From the NCBI RefSeq assembly GCF_001194135.2, contig NC_068981.1:43633525-43695591 (forward strand): a DNA stretch of 62,067 nucleotides. The letters run 5' to 3'. Each line of letters opens with the position of its first letter. Position 1 is the first letter of the stretch. The position numbers and the translations under genes are program-made. A model generated the notes under the pieces. The model did not search any database, was not told the DNA's origin, and saw nothing but the letters and a program-made list of their open reading frames with translations. This DNA is from Octopus bimaculoides (lineage: Eukaryota). Positions 37,300-49,638 of this stretch are shown in pieces.

Positions 37300-39750
37300 T
37301 TTCACCGTTTACCTCATTTTATCAACATGATTGTTAAATGCTGGACGCTGTGGTGACATCTTAAAGGATTTGCAACTTATTTCAGTAAGAAACTTTAACA
37401 ATGTTCTATGATGGAATTCTGCAGCACTACATAAAAGCATTTTATGTGGAATCCTATTCATAGCAAAAATAGTTCTTAAAACATTGATCACTGTTTTAGC
37501 AGACTGGCCATTAATTCTGATGTCTTCTGGCCAAGCAGGACATGTATCAACAAGTATGAGTAATCAACTAATACTAAGAACATAACCAGGATTCATGTGA
37601 ACAAAGTAAACTTGGCTTGTCTTCAGTTATACATGTATGCTGAGTAACTTTTAGTATGGGTTTAATCTGACATCATATAGGGAAATTTCAGGCATAATGT
37701 TTGATAACATTACAGTGTCTAGGTTACCATGCTTTTAGTTACAATCAATTTATAGTAGCTATTGCACTACAATGGAGGTCATTACATACAGTTTTTATGA
37801 AAATTTGTCACCACATTGTAGCAACAAGATTTGCATGGCAAGCAATCTCATAATCAACAGTGAGTCTATGTCAATTTACTTTATAGGGTCTCTCACATCC
37901 TGAGAAATTATTCCATCTATTCGTTTTGATTTGGTTAACAACCTTGGACAAAACGATATCATTCTTAGTCTTAGTGAGTAATTCTTTTGCTTTGAATGCA
38001 TCTATTTTTACCCACTGAATAAGTGATGTCACTATTGAGTTTTCATCTAACTTTATTGGCTCATTGAATTTCATTCTAGAGAGAGCACCATTATGGGGGA
38101 ATTCTTTTGTCTTTATATATTGTATTTCACATTCAGAAGCAGCTGAATGGATTGTCCACCACAATATTCTTGCATATGTTACTTTAGGTAATCTTCTTGC
38201 CAAACTGAATATGAAGTGTAAGGGTTTATGCTCAGTTATCAAGAAAAATGTTCACCCCAATAAAAAGTATTGGTTTCTTTGCAGAGTCAAGATAAACACC
38301 AAACCTTCTCTTTCAATACTTGTTACTTATAGCTTTAGATAAACTTTGTGATACATATAATACTGGACACCCCACTAAGACAGTACACCAGATGTTTAAT
38401 GTTGGTTCACATCTGTAGTAAATACAATTTGTTTTTTTTTTTTGTCAAACCTGTAAAACAAGTAGTTCATCTAAATCTCTTTTATGTCTTTTATATTTCA
38501 TAAAAAACATGGGGCACTATTTTCATAAGCTTGAGGATCCATTGGCTTTTTCAGACTATGCTGAGATAAATCAACTATAAAATTAGTCATTCTCTAAAAT
38601 AACTTAAGCCCTTTCCTACTCTCTGAGATATTTAGGGTCTAATATTTTCTTAACTAGTATACTATTTGGCCGAATATCCTGTTTGGATATCTTATAGCCA
38701 AGGAAGATCAATTTCTCTGTGGAAAAGACATTTTTCGTTTTGTTCACAGCCACACCATGAAAGGTGAGTTTCAGAAAAATAGCTTTAACTTTCTGCTCTA
38801 GGCCATCAGTAGTGTGACCACCAGTGCAAACGTCATCTTGATAAATTATTATACTTGTGAAATATCCTAATGCATTTTCCATGGAATGTTGAAATATAGT
38901 GCTCGTCTCTTTTATACTGTGTGGCTAATGTGACTAATGCAATAATCTAAGGTGAGTATTCAATGTTGTTATTTCCTGAGTTTCATCAGAAATTGGGATT
39001 TGATGGTAGGTTCCGACCAAATCAATCTCCGCAAAATATTTCATCCATGCTTCCTAGTGTAATGTCATCTCAATATTTGGAGTAGGATAAATTACAACAT
39101 AGGCTTACTCTTATTTGGTAATCTGCACAAATTCCTAAATCTCCATGGAGCTTGTACATCACAACCAACAACAATGATCATTTATGTTTTCTGATTCAAC
39201 ACTTTAAAGCTATTGTTTATAATTTCATTTAATTTCACTGCAAGTAGATAAATATATAACACACCCATTCTAATGAAGTCGCAGTATTTATGAATCCAGT
39301 GATATTTATGAAAATTATATTTTTCTAGTATCTATCAGCAACAAGGCTTCAAACTTGCCCAACAGTTTGTAAACTCAACTATCATACTATTTGAAGCTGG
39401 CATTTCAAGATTTCAGATTGGGAGACCCTAGTTTCAAGTAGACATTCCTTTCAACTAATAGTGGTATCACGGACATTGTTTATTTGCTTGTGTTTTCTTA
39501 AGTTATCATTTAATTTAATGGAGGTTACTTCCCTCAGTGCTGAAGACATTTTTCAATTCTTGGTCACTACTTGCATCAATATTAACTTTGTACACTTTCA
39601 CAAATTCCTTCTAAGAAGATCAATACACAAACTGAAAATGGTTCTTCTTAACTATTTTACTACAGAAATCAGATATAGGCACTCGAAATTTCATTACCCT
39701 TAACTGTGGAAAGCAGTCTGATCTATTTTTGTTCAGGAATGTCAAACTTG
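37300..39750 (-). mobile_element. Ty3/Gypsy LTR retrotransposon pol relic (RT-RNaseH-integrase)
   Basis: Minus strand, in order: MKYFAEIDLVGTYHQIPI; IIYQDD...LIFLGYKI (38882-38616); TEHKPLHFIF...ARILWW...GALSRM (38242-37871); LILVD..AWPE..SAKTVINVLRTIF (integrase). Integrase after RT/RH is the Gypsy order. Confidence 0.88.
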
Positions 39751-40719
39751 GAACTATTTTTTGCTGAGACATGTAAAGTTTATTGAAGCATTGAGATTTG
39801 CAGAAAATACCAATTCTGTTTTTTGATGTATAGATAACATTCTTATTGGAATAACATGAAATTTAATTTCATAGTTAAAGGGTTAAAGGTATAGCATATC
39901 ATCTCCAAAATAGGACACTTTCCCATATCATGGCTATAGATGTGAGACTTACATATGAGCTTTTTCTGAGGATTTTTGTTGAAATGAGACACTGACAATT
40001 CTTTTAACATACTATTATATCATTACTAGGAGCCAAAGTAAAATCATTAATCATTTCAAATTGCTGAATATGGCTGATACAACTTGGCAGCAGTATTTCC
40101 TGAAACTGCATGTGTTCTAATATTTTAGAGTAATGTGCAGAATGATTAGTTACATTTGAATAAGGTCACCGTAAGCAGATTGTCTATCAGTCCCCAATGT
40201 ATCAAATTCACAAAAATGTGAGGCTTCTTTGAATCTTTCATAATACTGACACATTGGTTAAAATGGCATCTGCTTCAGAGCCAGAAGGCCTCTCCTTTCA
40301 GCAATAATCAGCTTTCCTTTGATCTCACTGAATAAATTTTTCATCCCTGTGAAATTCATCTCCCCCAGCACAAAACTCTTAATGTTCTCAATCCCTGATG
40401 AACTGATCCATTATTTATTTACTACCAGCAAAATTCTTAAGTTCCTTTGTCCTAGCGCAGGCTGAAAGTGTCTTTACTGGGCTTCAGTCAAACAAGAATC
40501 AGACAGTACTAATTCTCCAAAACCTGTAATCAGTGTCATTATTGAATTGTCAATGAGAGGCAGCAAGCTTGATTTTAGTGAAAAAGCAACCATGTTAAAT
40601 AGTCTTAATCATATGAGTTTAGATTTGGTCACATGACATTGTCATACAAGAAAATACTGTTATAAAATGATGGTGCTATAATAACTACACAAGATGTGCT
40701 TGGCTAGAAGTAAGTTTCT

Positions 40720-41175
40720 TTACTTAGGTTTTATTGATCTCTGGAAAAGGCCTTTGCAAATGTTACATAGCTTGCTGTATGGTGGTCACTAAGAAAACTG
40801 GGTAAATAGTTTGTGAGAGCTATGGAAGCATGTGGCTTCATGGTTAAGGTGTTGGACTCAATATTGAATGATTGTGGTTTCACTTCCTGGACCAGGATAT
40901 GTATTGAGCTCCTGAGCTAAATGCTTCATTTTATGTTACTTCAATCCGCTCAGCCAATAATTTTATGTTACTTCAATCCACTCAGCCAATAATAGTAAGT
41001 ATTCCTGCAATGAGCCAGAATCTCATCTGGAGGGGAGAGGTTAATTACATAAGAAAATACAGGAAATTGGCCCCATGAATCTATATGACTTAGGAGCTTT
41101 GTGAGAGGAGCTTTGTGAGAGGAGCTTTGTGAGTGGAGCTTTGTGAGAGCTATGCAAGTCATGTATTGAAATGAC
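40720..41175 (+). mobile_element. RTE RT fragment interrupted by a SINE
   Basis: YLGFIDL.EKAF...WWSLRKLG..FVRAM continues as QVMY after removing 40825-41154. Confidence 0.7.
40825..41139 (+). mobile_element. SINE family C with 15-bp TSD
   Basis: Flanked by TTTGTGAGAGCTATG at 40810-40824 and 41140-41154. Has an internal ~31-bp tandem duplication and a tail of 14-bp GGAGCTTTGTGAGA units. Confidence 0.85.
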
Positions 41176-41477
41176 TTCAGCTTCTTGAGGAATCCTGTAA
41201 AACAGTCATAGGCTTAGGGAGGAAAATTGAAGTATGATTGAGAATTGACAGACTTCAAAGTAAATTTAGGAAACACTAAGGTTTCAGCATGAAAGAAGAC
41301 AACATTCTACTGTGAATGCTGTGAAAGTGGTCATGCTCCATATGAAGATTAGAAATAGGAATTCCCTATTGTGTTCCCACTCTAAACAAAGGAAGCATAA
41401 AATGTGTAGAAAAATCATGAGCAGGCTGATAGGGTAGGCATGTTCTGTATTTGGAATATGCACAGGAGTAGTAAATA

Positions 41478-41695
41478 CAAAGGGGTGCTGAAAAGTTCTT
41501 AACTTTAAGGGTATTGTAAAAGACCTGACTGGAGGCCCAGCCTTCTGAATTCTTTTACAGGATATAGACAAACTGAAGGATGGCTGCAATAAGTGTGTGA
41601 ATCTGAGAGGGGGAATATCTTGAATAAAATCACAATTAACTGATCCTTCTGTATGTTCTTTCATCCAAAGGCAGGAACTTTTCAGCACCCCTTCC
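41478..41695. mobile_element. Tc1/mariner-type MITE
   Basis: 22-bp TIRs caaaggggtgctgaaaagttct / ggaacttttcagcaccccttcc (19/22 complementary), flanked by TA on both sides. Confidence 0.85.
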
Positions 41696-41789
41696 TATAA
41701 GATTATGAATAAGATAAATTCCTTTAAATATTAAGGAGGTTCCGTAGCAGTAATTAATAGCTTTTGCTGTCAAGATGATTTAATCAGCT

Positions 41790-42260
41790 CTGAAGGTATC
41801 TGTCCAAAGGCAATTTTCAGAATAAGAATGAGGTGGAAAGAATTCAGAGATATTAACTGCTCTAGTAGCAACAAAATATTTCTCTTTGTGAGTGAAGGAA
41901 AAATTGCGCAATGCTTGTGCATAAAGTATGACTGAGATGAAGTAAGCTCTTTCTCTAGGATATGTAATGTTGGTATGCTTATAGAACAGAGCTCAAATGG
42001 GCTGAAAGAAAAGCTGGATGTAAGAGGAATTAAATGTAATGTGAAAAAGAGACCACTACATTGGTATGGGTATATGATACATATGGAAAATGAAAGTTGT
42101 ATGATGATGGACCTAGAGCTCCAAGAAATTAGAACTTGTGGAAGAGGAAGGCCTATAAATATATAGGATGAAGTCATAAAGATTGATCTTAAGAAAATGA
42201 ACAACATGAAGCTGAATAACCTAAAGACCACAATTTGTGGCAAAGTGTTGTATTGGACAG
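41790..42260 (+). mobile_element. RTE LINE ORF C-terminal fragment
   Basis: ORF 41975-42166 reads LKEKLDVRGIKCNVKKRPLHWYGYMIHME...CGRGRP, homologous to 54532-54831. Confidence 0.8.
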
Positions 42261-43393
42261 AATCCATCTAATCTATATAATCATAAGGAAATGGATGCAC
42301 AAAATGGAGATAATGTTAGTGATAAAGGTTGGTATGTGTAATATCTATATTCAGGCCTGTCCTGACTATTATCTTCTTATACATACACTCTATTCCTATT
42401 TTCTTATTCTTTCATGTATCATTCAACCTTCTTCTGCCTTTGTGTCTCCCTAGTTTATCTTTCTCATCCACCCATGTAAAAAGAGTTCCATCTCATTTGA
42501 TCTGCTCGTATTCATTTACCCCTTAACACTGTTAATTGCTAGCCATCATTTTGTTTCTCTTCCATTATACACTTCCCATGACTCATTAGTGATATATCTA
42601 CCATTTATAATTTCTTTACTATGATCCACCTTTGCTCTTCTCCACAATATTTTGTGATTATTACTTAAAGACTGAATAGAATATCCAGATGCTTCAAATA
42701 TTCAACTGCAGTGTCATGGTCTGGGTAGAAAATTTATAAGTTTCAAAGTATTAATCCCCAAACATTCTCTTTCTCCCTCATGTTGAATGAAATGTTTCCT
42801 GGACAGTTGACCTTGACAGCAGTTTTGACGAGAATGCTAACAGTATCTATCCTAAAACAAAGGGATGTACTCAGTGTCAGAGTTCTGATGTTAATAACTC
42901 ACCAAGATATAACAATAAAAAGTTTGACAAAGAACATTTACATAACAGATAAAATAACTGGGTGTTCAATATAGCATATACAAAGTTACTTTAACTGTTG
43001 TAGGTTAATGGGTTCTTCGATTTTTCAAGCTAAAATCCATTTTGTCTTCTCAATCATACAGCATTGACGGTCCTGCCAAATATCTTGCTATACACAAACA
43101 CACACACATATGTATTTATGTATCAAAAGTTTATTCATTCTAGTAGTTTGATATTTCTTTATAATGCTGTTATCACCACAGTCATAAAAATATTTATATA
43201 TTTATCCCAGGATAGGCTTTCATGGATGGCATTGTATACTGTTTCACTGAAAACATGCCATATAGAAAAATAATATAAGAAATTGGGATTGCAGCTGATA
43301 ATATGTGCAATATCTTCAACAAATATATGATAGAGACTTCCAATCTCATATTCATTAAGTATTTTATAGCTACCACTTGCATTTGGATTGAAA

Positions 43394-43464
<71 letters not shown>

Positions 43465-43736
43465 NNNNNNNNNNNNNNNNNNNNNNNNNNNNNNNNNNNN
43501 NNNNNNNNNNNNNNNNNNNNNNNNNNNNNNNNNNNNNNNNNNNNNNNNNNNNNNNNNNNNNNNNNNNNNNNNNNNNNNNNNNNNNNNNNNNNNNNNNNNN
43601 NNNNNNNNNNNNNNNNNNNNNNNNNNNNNNNNNNNNNNNNNNNNNNNNNNNNNNNNNNNNNNNNNNNNNNNNNNNNNNNNNNNNNNNNNNNNNNNNNNNN
43701 NNNNNNNNNNNNNNNNNNNNNNNNNNNNNNNNNNNN
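43465..43736. other. Assembly gap between (TA)n and (CA)n
   Basis: N run. Confidence 1.
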
Positions 43737-43790
<54 letters not shown>

Positions 43791-44549
43791 TTCTTATCTT
43801 TCAATTGTTTGAATTCTTCCAATAAAGAAAGAACTGGTTTCTAACTAAAAAACGAAAATTGAAGTTAGTTTTCCATATTTTCTTTTCTTTTTGCTTTGTA
43901 GATTGAAGTTACAGAACATGATAGTTTTCTTTCCTTTCCCAAATAGCTATGTCTGGCACTTGGCAAAAATTTTGATGGTTATGTTTTACCAATATTTCTT
44001 GTGTAAATGCATACATAAATGCTTAGATACATACATGCACATGTCTAGGCATGCAATTATATGCATAAGAAGATATACATAAAACAAAACAAATATTCAC
44101 ATGCACTGACTCCAAATACTGCACACATACACACATAGAAGAAGAATTAGTTTGCTGAAGTTGTTGAAATTCCACTGAAGGACCTTGGATCTAGTTTAGA
44201 AACTGGCCCTTTCTCTATTGGCAAGAAATCTTGAAATAAAACAGAATAATAGCAGCATACACGCATGTATATATATATACATACATATATGTACGTAAGT
44301 ATGGGTGTGTGTGTATTATTTAAATAAACACATCTTTTGCAGTTACTAACCACATGTGTAATATCTTCCACAGAAGTGAGATATATTCAATATATTCTAT
44401 AGCATCTTAGGGGATTAAGGATTTCACTGATCCATTTGTTCATCAAATATTTCATGGCTATCTCATGCTCATGGTTTGTAAAAGCCCAATCTTTAGAGGT
44501 GGCACGATGCCTTAGTCATTAGTCAAAAAGAGGCAAAAACCTCACATTG

Positions 44550-44768
44550 ATATTGGTTTCAAATTTTGGTACAAGGCCAACAATTACAGAAGAAAGGGCA
44601 AGATGATTGCATCGACCCCAGTGCTCAACTAGTACTTATTTAATCGACCCAGAAAGCATGAAAAGCAAAGTTAACCATAGTGGAATTTGGACTCAGAACT
44701 TAAAGAGGAACGAAATACTGTTAAGCATTTTGCTTTGTGTACTAATGACTCTGCTAGCTTTCTGCTTT
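44550..44768 (-). mobile_element. SINE family B
   Basis: atcgaccccagtg...gaatttggactcagaac...ctctgctagc, homologous to 33075-33499. Confidence 0.8.
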
Positions 44769-44799
44769 ACATTTCATGTTAATATTATGGTTATCTCAA

Positions 44800-44985
44800 A
44801 GGTGGTGAGCTGGCAGAATCATTAGCAGCACTTCATCAATCTCTATGTTCTGACTTTAAATTCCATCGAGGTCTACTTTACCTTTCATCCTTTTTGGAGG
44901 TCAATAAAATAAGCACCAGTTGAGCAATGGGGTTTATGTAATCGACTTACTCCTAGCCTTGTGCTAAAATGTGAAATCAACATTA
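44800..44985 (+). mobile_element. SINE family B
   Basis: ggtggtgagctggcagaatcattagc...tttacctttcatcc...gtaatcgactta. Confidence 0.8.
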
Positions 44986-45960
44986 CTGTCATCTCTGGAT
45001 TTATGGAAAACATACCTGTGCTTAACTATTTTGTGGTACGTAGTGTGTTTGTCTTCTAGAATTTTGTTAGGATATGCAGGTCTTGCAATACTGAGTATGC
45101 ATAAAAAGTGAACTGAGTACTTTTTGAGAAGTTCATGACTAACCTGCAGGCTGTTAAACTGTTTATTTTAGTGCACATGTATATATTTTTGCTGCCATTG
45201 TTTAGCAGAAGCCCTCTGAGTGAAACCATACAACATTCAAATGCTCTTCGCACAGATATTAAGCCGTTCCTCTCTGTTTTCTTATAAGATAGAAAATGTC
45301 AATATTGCTGTTTCTATGTAAGCATGCAAGTGATGTAAAACTCTTGTGAGTTTTAATGTCAATAGGGTGGATTTTCAAAATTGACCATTTAAGTACATCC
45401 CAAATGATGGTATCAGTACTAGTAGTCTAGATATTTGTTGTAGGTAGAAGATTCTGAGTACTACTTTCTTTTTAGTCTGGTATAACATTTGTTTCCCTTA
45501 TCTTTGTTGACAATACTTACGAATGATAAATTTTCAGCAATAAAAATATGTTGCTCTCATTGTATGGAACAGAGGAGAGAGAAAGACTGTTGATGCAAAG
45601 CTTCTGGATTTGGGAAATGGTTTTCTGCATTCAGCTGTGAATATGAACATTTCTTTTGGACAAATTCCATCTCTATCACAGCAGTAAATGTTACTAAATC
45701 CAGTTGTTACTCAGTGTCTTATAGCTTATAAAATTCTAATGTGACCGATACATGCCTACATGTGTGAATGTGAGTATGTATTATAAAATTTCTTTAGCAG
45801 AAGATTTTTAGAATTTAAGCATATGTAATGATATTTTGTAAAAAAAAATGGTTTTTCTTTTCAAAATTTTGTTTTTTTAATTTTCTTCATGTTTTTCATT
45901 GAGTTAGATGTAACTGACCTTAACAATTTCATTTTCAAATTGTTTTCTATTTTCTTTAAT

Positions 45961-46191
45961 CTTTTACTTGTTTCAGTCATTTGAATGCGGCCATGCTGGA
46001 GCACCACCTTTAGTTGAACAAATCGATGCCAGGACATATTCTTTGTAAGTCTAGTACTTATTTTATCAGTCTCTTTTGCTGAACTGCTAAGTTACGAGGG
46101 TGTAAACACACCAACTTCAGTTGTCAAGCAATTGTGAGGGAACAAACACAGACACACAAACATACATGCACACACAAACACACATATACAT

Positions 46192-46223
<32 letters not shown>

Positions 46224-46389
46224 TAAAACAGGCTTCTTTCGGTTTCCGTCTACCAAATCCACTCACAAGGCTTTGGTTGGCCTGAGACTATAGTAGAAGA
46301 CACTTGCCCAAGGTACCATGCAGTGGAACTGAACCCAGAGCTATGTGGCTGGTAAGCAAGCTACTTATCACACAGTCACACCTGCACCT
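45961..46389 (-). mobile_element. SINE family A, full length
   Basis: Homologous to 34492-34909. Confidence 0.92.
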
Positions 46390-46689
46390 TGGAAACTTTT
46401 TTCAGAATTATGTTTTAAACACAAGATATTGTGATTCTAAAAACAAGTAATGATAGGATTAAGGGTTAAAGATTATGGATTAATACTTTAGTGCAAGATT
46501 TGTTTTGGCATTTAGGATTTAGTGTTAGGATTTGGATTTTGTGTTAAATAGAGAAACAACATTCAAAATATTATATTTGAAAAAACTGTGTTTTAGATTT
46601 TTTGCAGAATCTAATAGATATGTCTATAACAGAAGCAAAAAGAAAAATATCTTCTGAAAAAAAACAACAAACAAAATGTGGTTACTTAG

Positions 46690-47370
46690 TCTGGTACTCT
46701 GCTTTTCGTTTGCTCAGAAACTTTGCTATAATTTAAATTACAATGAGAAATGAATGTCAATTCACTGTGTTTGCAGTCTGAGCAACACTGAGTAATTTGG
46801 CTAGTTGTAAATAATTTTAGAGCATAGATCTGGAGACCATATACAAAGAAACTGCGGGTTATATTACTGTCTCTTACTATTGTAAACTCTTGCACATGAG
46901 CAGTGAATTTTCATAAAAGAAATAACAGTGAATTAGGTGCCAAAATAAACAGAAGCACAAACAGACTGTAACTTTGACATATTCCTTTTGAAATATTCTA
47001 ACATCAGAGACAATTTTCTACTTTCAGTTCCAAGTGCAAGGATTGTTAACCAGATCTTTGTAAGACATTCAGTAGCAGCAACAGCATCTGATGCAGCAGA
47101 AGCTTTTGCCAACTGTAGTGACTTCAGCAGCCATGAATAGGATGCTAAATTGAATGTTTTTCTGTAATCAAGCCATATTGTCACAAGGTTTCTGCAGTGT
47201 TTATTACTTCCGACAGCACAGCTTTATATCCAACAAGTTCTATGACACATTTTCACATTTCCTTCTATCTACCTGCTCAGCAATCACTATCTTTATATAT
47301 TTTTATCTAAAGAAGTCTATGATGAAACACCAAATAAATTCTTATTGTCATAAAGGTATGTGTAGGTAAA
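46690..47370 (-). mobile_element. R4/Dong-like (RLE-type) non-LTR RT fragment
   Basis: KHCRNLVTIWLDYRKTFNLASYSWLLKSLQLAK, GICQSYSLFVLLFILAPN and ITRSFFVYGLQIYA are decayed forms of WxDYxKAFDSVxHSW, GIFQGDSLS and HLFFxDDLKLYA. Confidence 0.7.
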
Positions 47371-47516
47371 AAGTTTGTGACACCTGACATCAGTGATTAA
47401 TTACTATTTCATATATCTATACGATTGTCATCATTGTCATCACTGCTTTACATCTGTTTTTGATGCTGTGTAAACATATATATATAATACATATGTATGT
47501 ATGTGTGTATTTATAT

Positions 47517-47561
<45 letters not shown>

Positions 47562-47562
47562 T

Positions 47563-48150
47563 GCATCATCATCATCATCATCATCATTTAACATCCATTC
47601 TCCATGCTGGCATGGGTTGCATGGTTTGACCAAGGCTGGTAAGGTGGAAAGCTGCACCAGACTCCAGTCTGATTCGGCATGATTTTCTATGGCTAGATGC
47701 CCTTCCTAATACCAACCACTCTGAGAATGTAATGGGTGCTTTCACGTGCCCATGGCATGGGTGCCATTTGTGTGACACCAGTATCTGCTATGACTGTGAT
47801 TTTGCTTGGCTTGATGGGTCTTCTTCTCAAGCACAACATAAGGCCAAAGGTCTAAGTCATTGTCTTCATGAGGCCCAACACTCAAAAGGAACTCAGCCAC
47901 TTTGCCTCCGTGAGTCCCAACACTCAAAAGGTGATCATTACGTGCCATTGGCACGGGTGCCAATTACGTGACAACAGTATCAACCATGACTACAATTTCA
48001 CTTGGCTAGACAAGTCTTCACAAGCACAGCAGGTCGCCAAAGGTCTCGGTCACTAGTAATTGCTCTGCGAAGCTCAAATTTCGAAGATCATGCTTCACCA
48101 TTTTGCCCTATGTCTTTCTGGGTCTACCTATACAATAGGTTCCTTCTACA
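47563..48150 (-). mobile_element. RTE LINE 3' end with duplicated ORF terminus
   Basis: Tail and UTR, then two copies of the cttggct...tcttc.caagcac...aaaggtct segment (~47800 and ~48000). Confidence 0.85.
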
Positions 48151-48170
48151 GTAAGAGATTGAAACTAAAA

Positions 48171-48300
48171 ACTAGAAAAGCAGTCGGAGAGCGCAAACCT
48201 CCACCAAGCAGCTCATTTACACCCATATACACGCATGCTGAAAATCGCACAATTTCCCAAACCAATGCCGGCAAAAACATAGCCTCCTTGGCGAGGGTAA
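48171..48300 (+). mobile_element. Short Helentron-associated (HINE-like) element
   Basis: Starts actagaaaagc. Has a subterminal inverted pair cctccaccaag / cttggcgagg, the second just before the end. Family assignment is from recall. Confidence 0.45.
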
Positions 48301-48463
48301 AAAATATATATATATATAAAATACAGCAGGTACCTTAAAGCAAGAAAACTCAAAAGAAAGCTGCAGTATTGAAATCCCTCCTTCACCAAAAATGTAATTC
48401 ACAAGATTCCTTATATATACATATGTATGTACATATATATATGTACATATATATACATGTATA

Positions 48464-48526
<63 letters not shown>

Positions 48527-49460
48527 NNNNNNNNNNNNNNNNNNNNNNNNNNNNNNNNNNNNNNNNNNNNNNNNNNNNNNNNNNNNNNNNNNNNNNNNNN
48601 NNNNNNNNNNNNNNNNNNNNNNNNNNNNNNNNNNNNNNNNNNNNNNNNNNNNNNNNNNNNNNNNNNNNNNNNNNNNNNNNNNNNNNNNNNNNNNNNNNNN
48701 NNNNNNNNNNNNNNNNNNNNNNNNNNNNNNNNNNNNNNNNNNNNNNNNNNNNNNNNNNNNNNNNNNNNNNNNNNNNNNNNNNNNNNNNNNNNNNNNNNNN
48801 NNNNNNNNNNNNNNNNNNNNNNNNNNNNNNNNNNNNNNNNNNNNNNNNNNNNNNNNNNNNNNNNNNNNNNNNNNNNNNNNNNNNNNNNNNNNNNNNNNNN
48901 NNNNNNNNNNNNNNNNNNNNNNNNNNNNNNNNNNNNNNNNNNNNNNNNNNNNNNNNNNNNNNNNNNNNNNNNNNNNNNNNNNNNNNNNNNNNNNNNNNNN
49001 NNNNNNNNNNNNNNNNNNNNNNNNNNNNNNNNNNNNNNNNNNNNNNNNNNNNNNNNNNNNNNNNNNNNNNNNNNNNNNNNNNNNNNNNNNNNNNNNNNNN
49101 NNNNNNNNNNNNNNNNNNNNNNNNNNNNNNNNNNNNNNNNNNNNNNNNNNNNNNNNNNNNNNNNNNNNNNNNNNNNNNNNNNNNNNNNNNNNNNNNNNNN
49201 NNNNNNNNNNNNNNNNNNNNNNNNNNNNNNNNNNNNNNNNNNNNNNNNNNNNNNNNNNNNNNNNNNNNNNNNNNNNNNNNNNNNNNNNNNNNNNNNNNNN
49301 NNNNNNNNNNNNNNNNNNNNNNNNNNNNNNNNNNNNNNNNNNNNNNNNNNNNNNNNNNNNNNNNNNNNNNNNNNNNNNNNNNNNNNNNNNNNNNNNNNNN
49401 NNNNNNNNNNNNNNNNNNNNNNNNNNNNNNNNNNNNNNNNNNNNNNNNNNNNNNNNNNNN
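48527..49460. other. Assembly gap after (TA)n
   Basis: N run. Confidence 1.
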
Positions 49461-49595
49461 TTTTGTACTTCTTTGTAAAAAAACATTTTCATTCTCCTTC
49501 TTCTTGATAATTTGCTTTTTCGCAATGAAAACCGGTTAGAAGAAATCTTTATTAAAATATGCTTCCAGTTCAGCATTCTGGCTTTTTTTCATTTT

Positions 49596-49638
<43 letters not shown>

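Noticed and set aside
48369-49576. Long ORFs of 150-400 aa at 43.2-43.8, 48.4-49.6 and 58.6-59.3 kb
   Set aside because: They are made of N gaps plus dinucleotide repeats.
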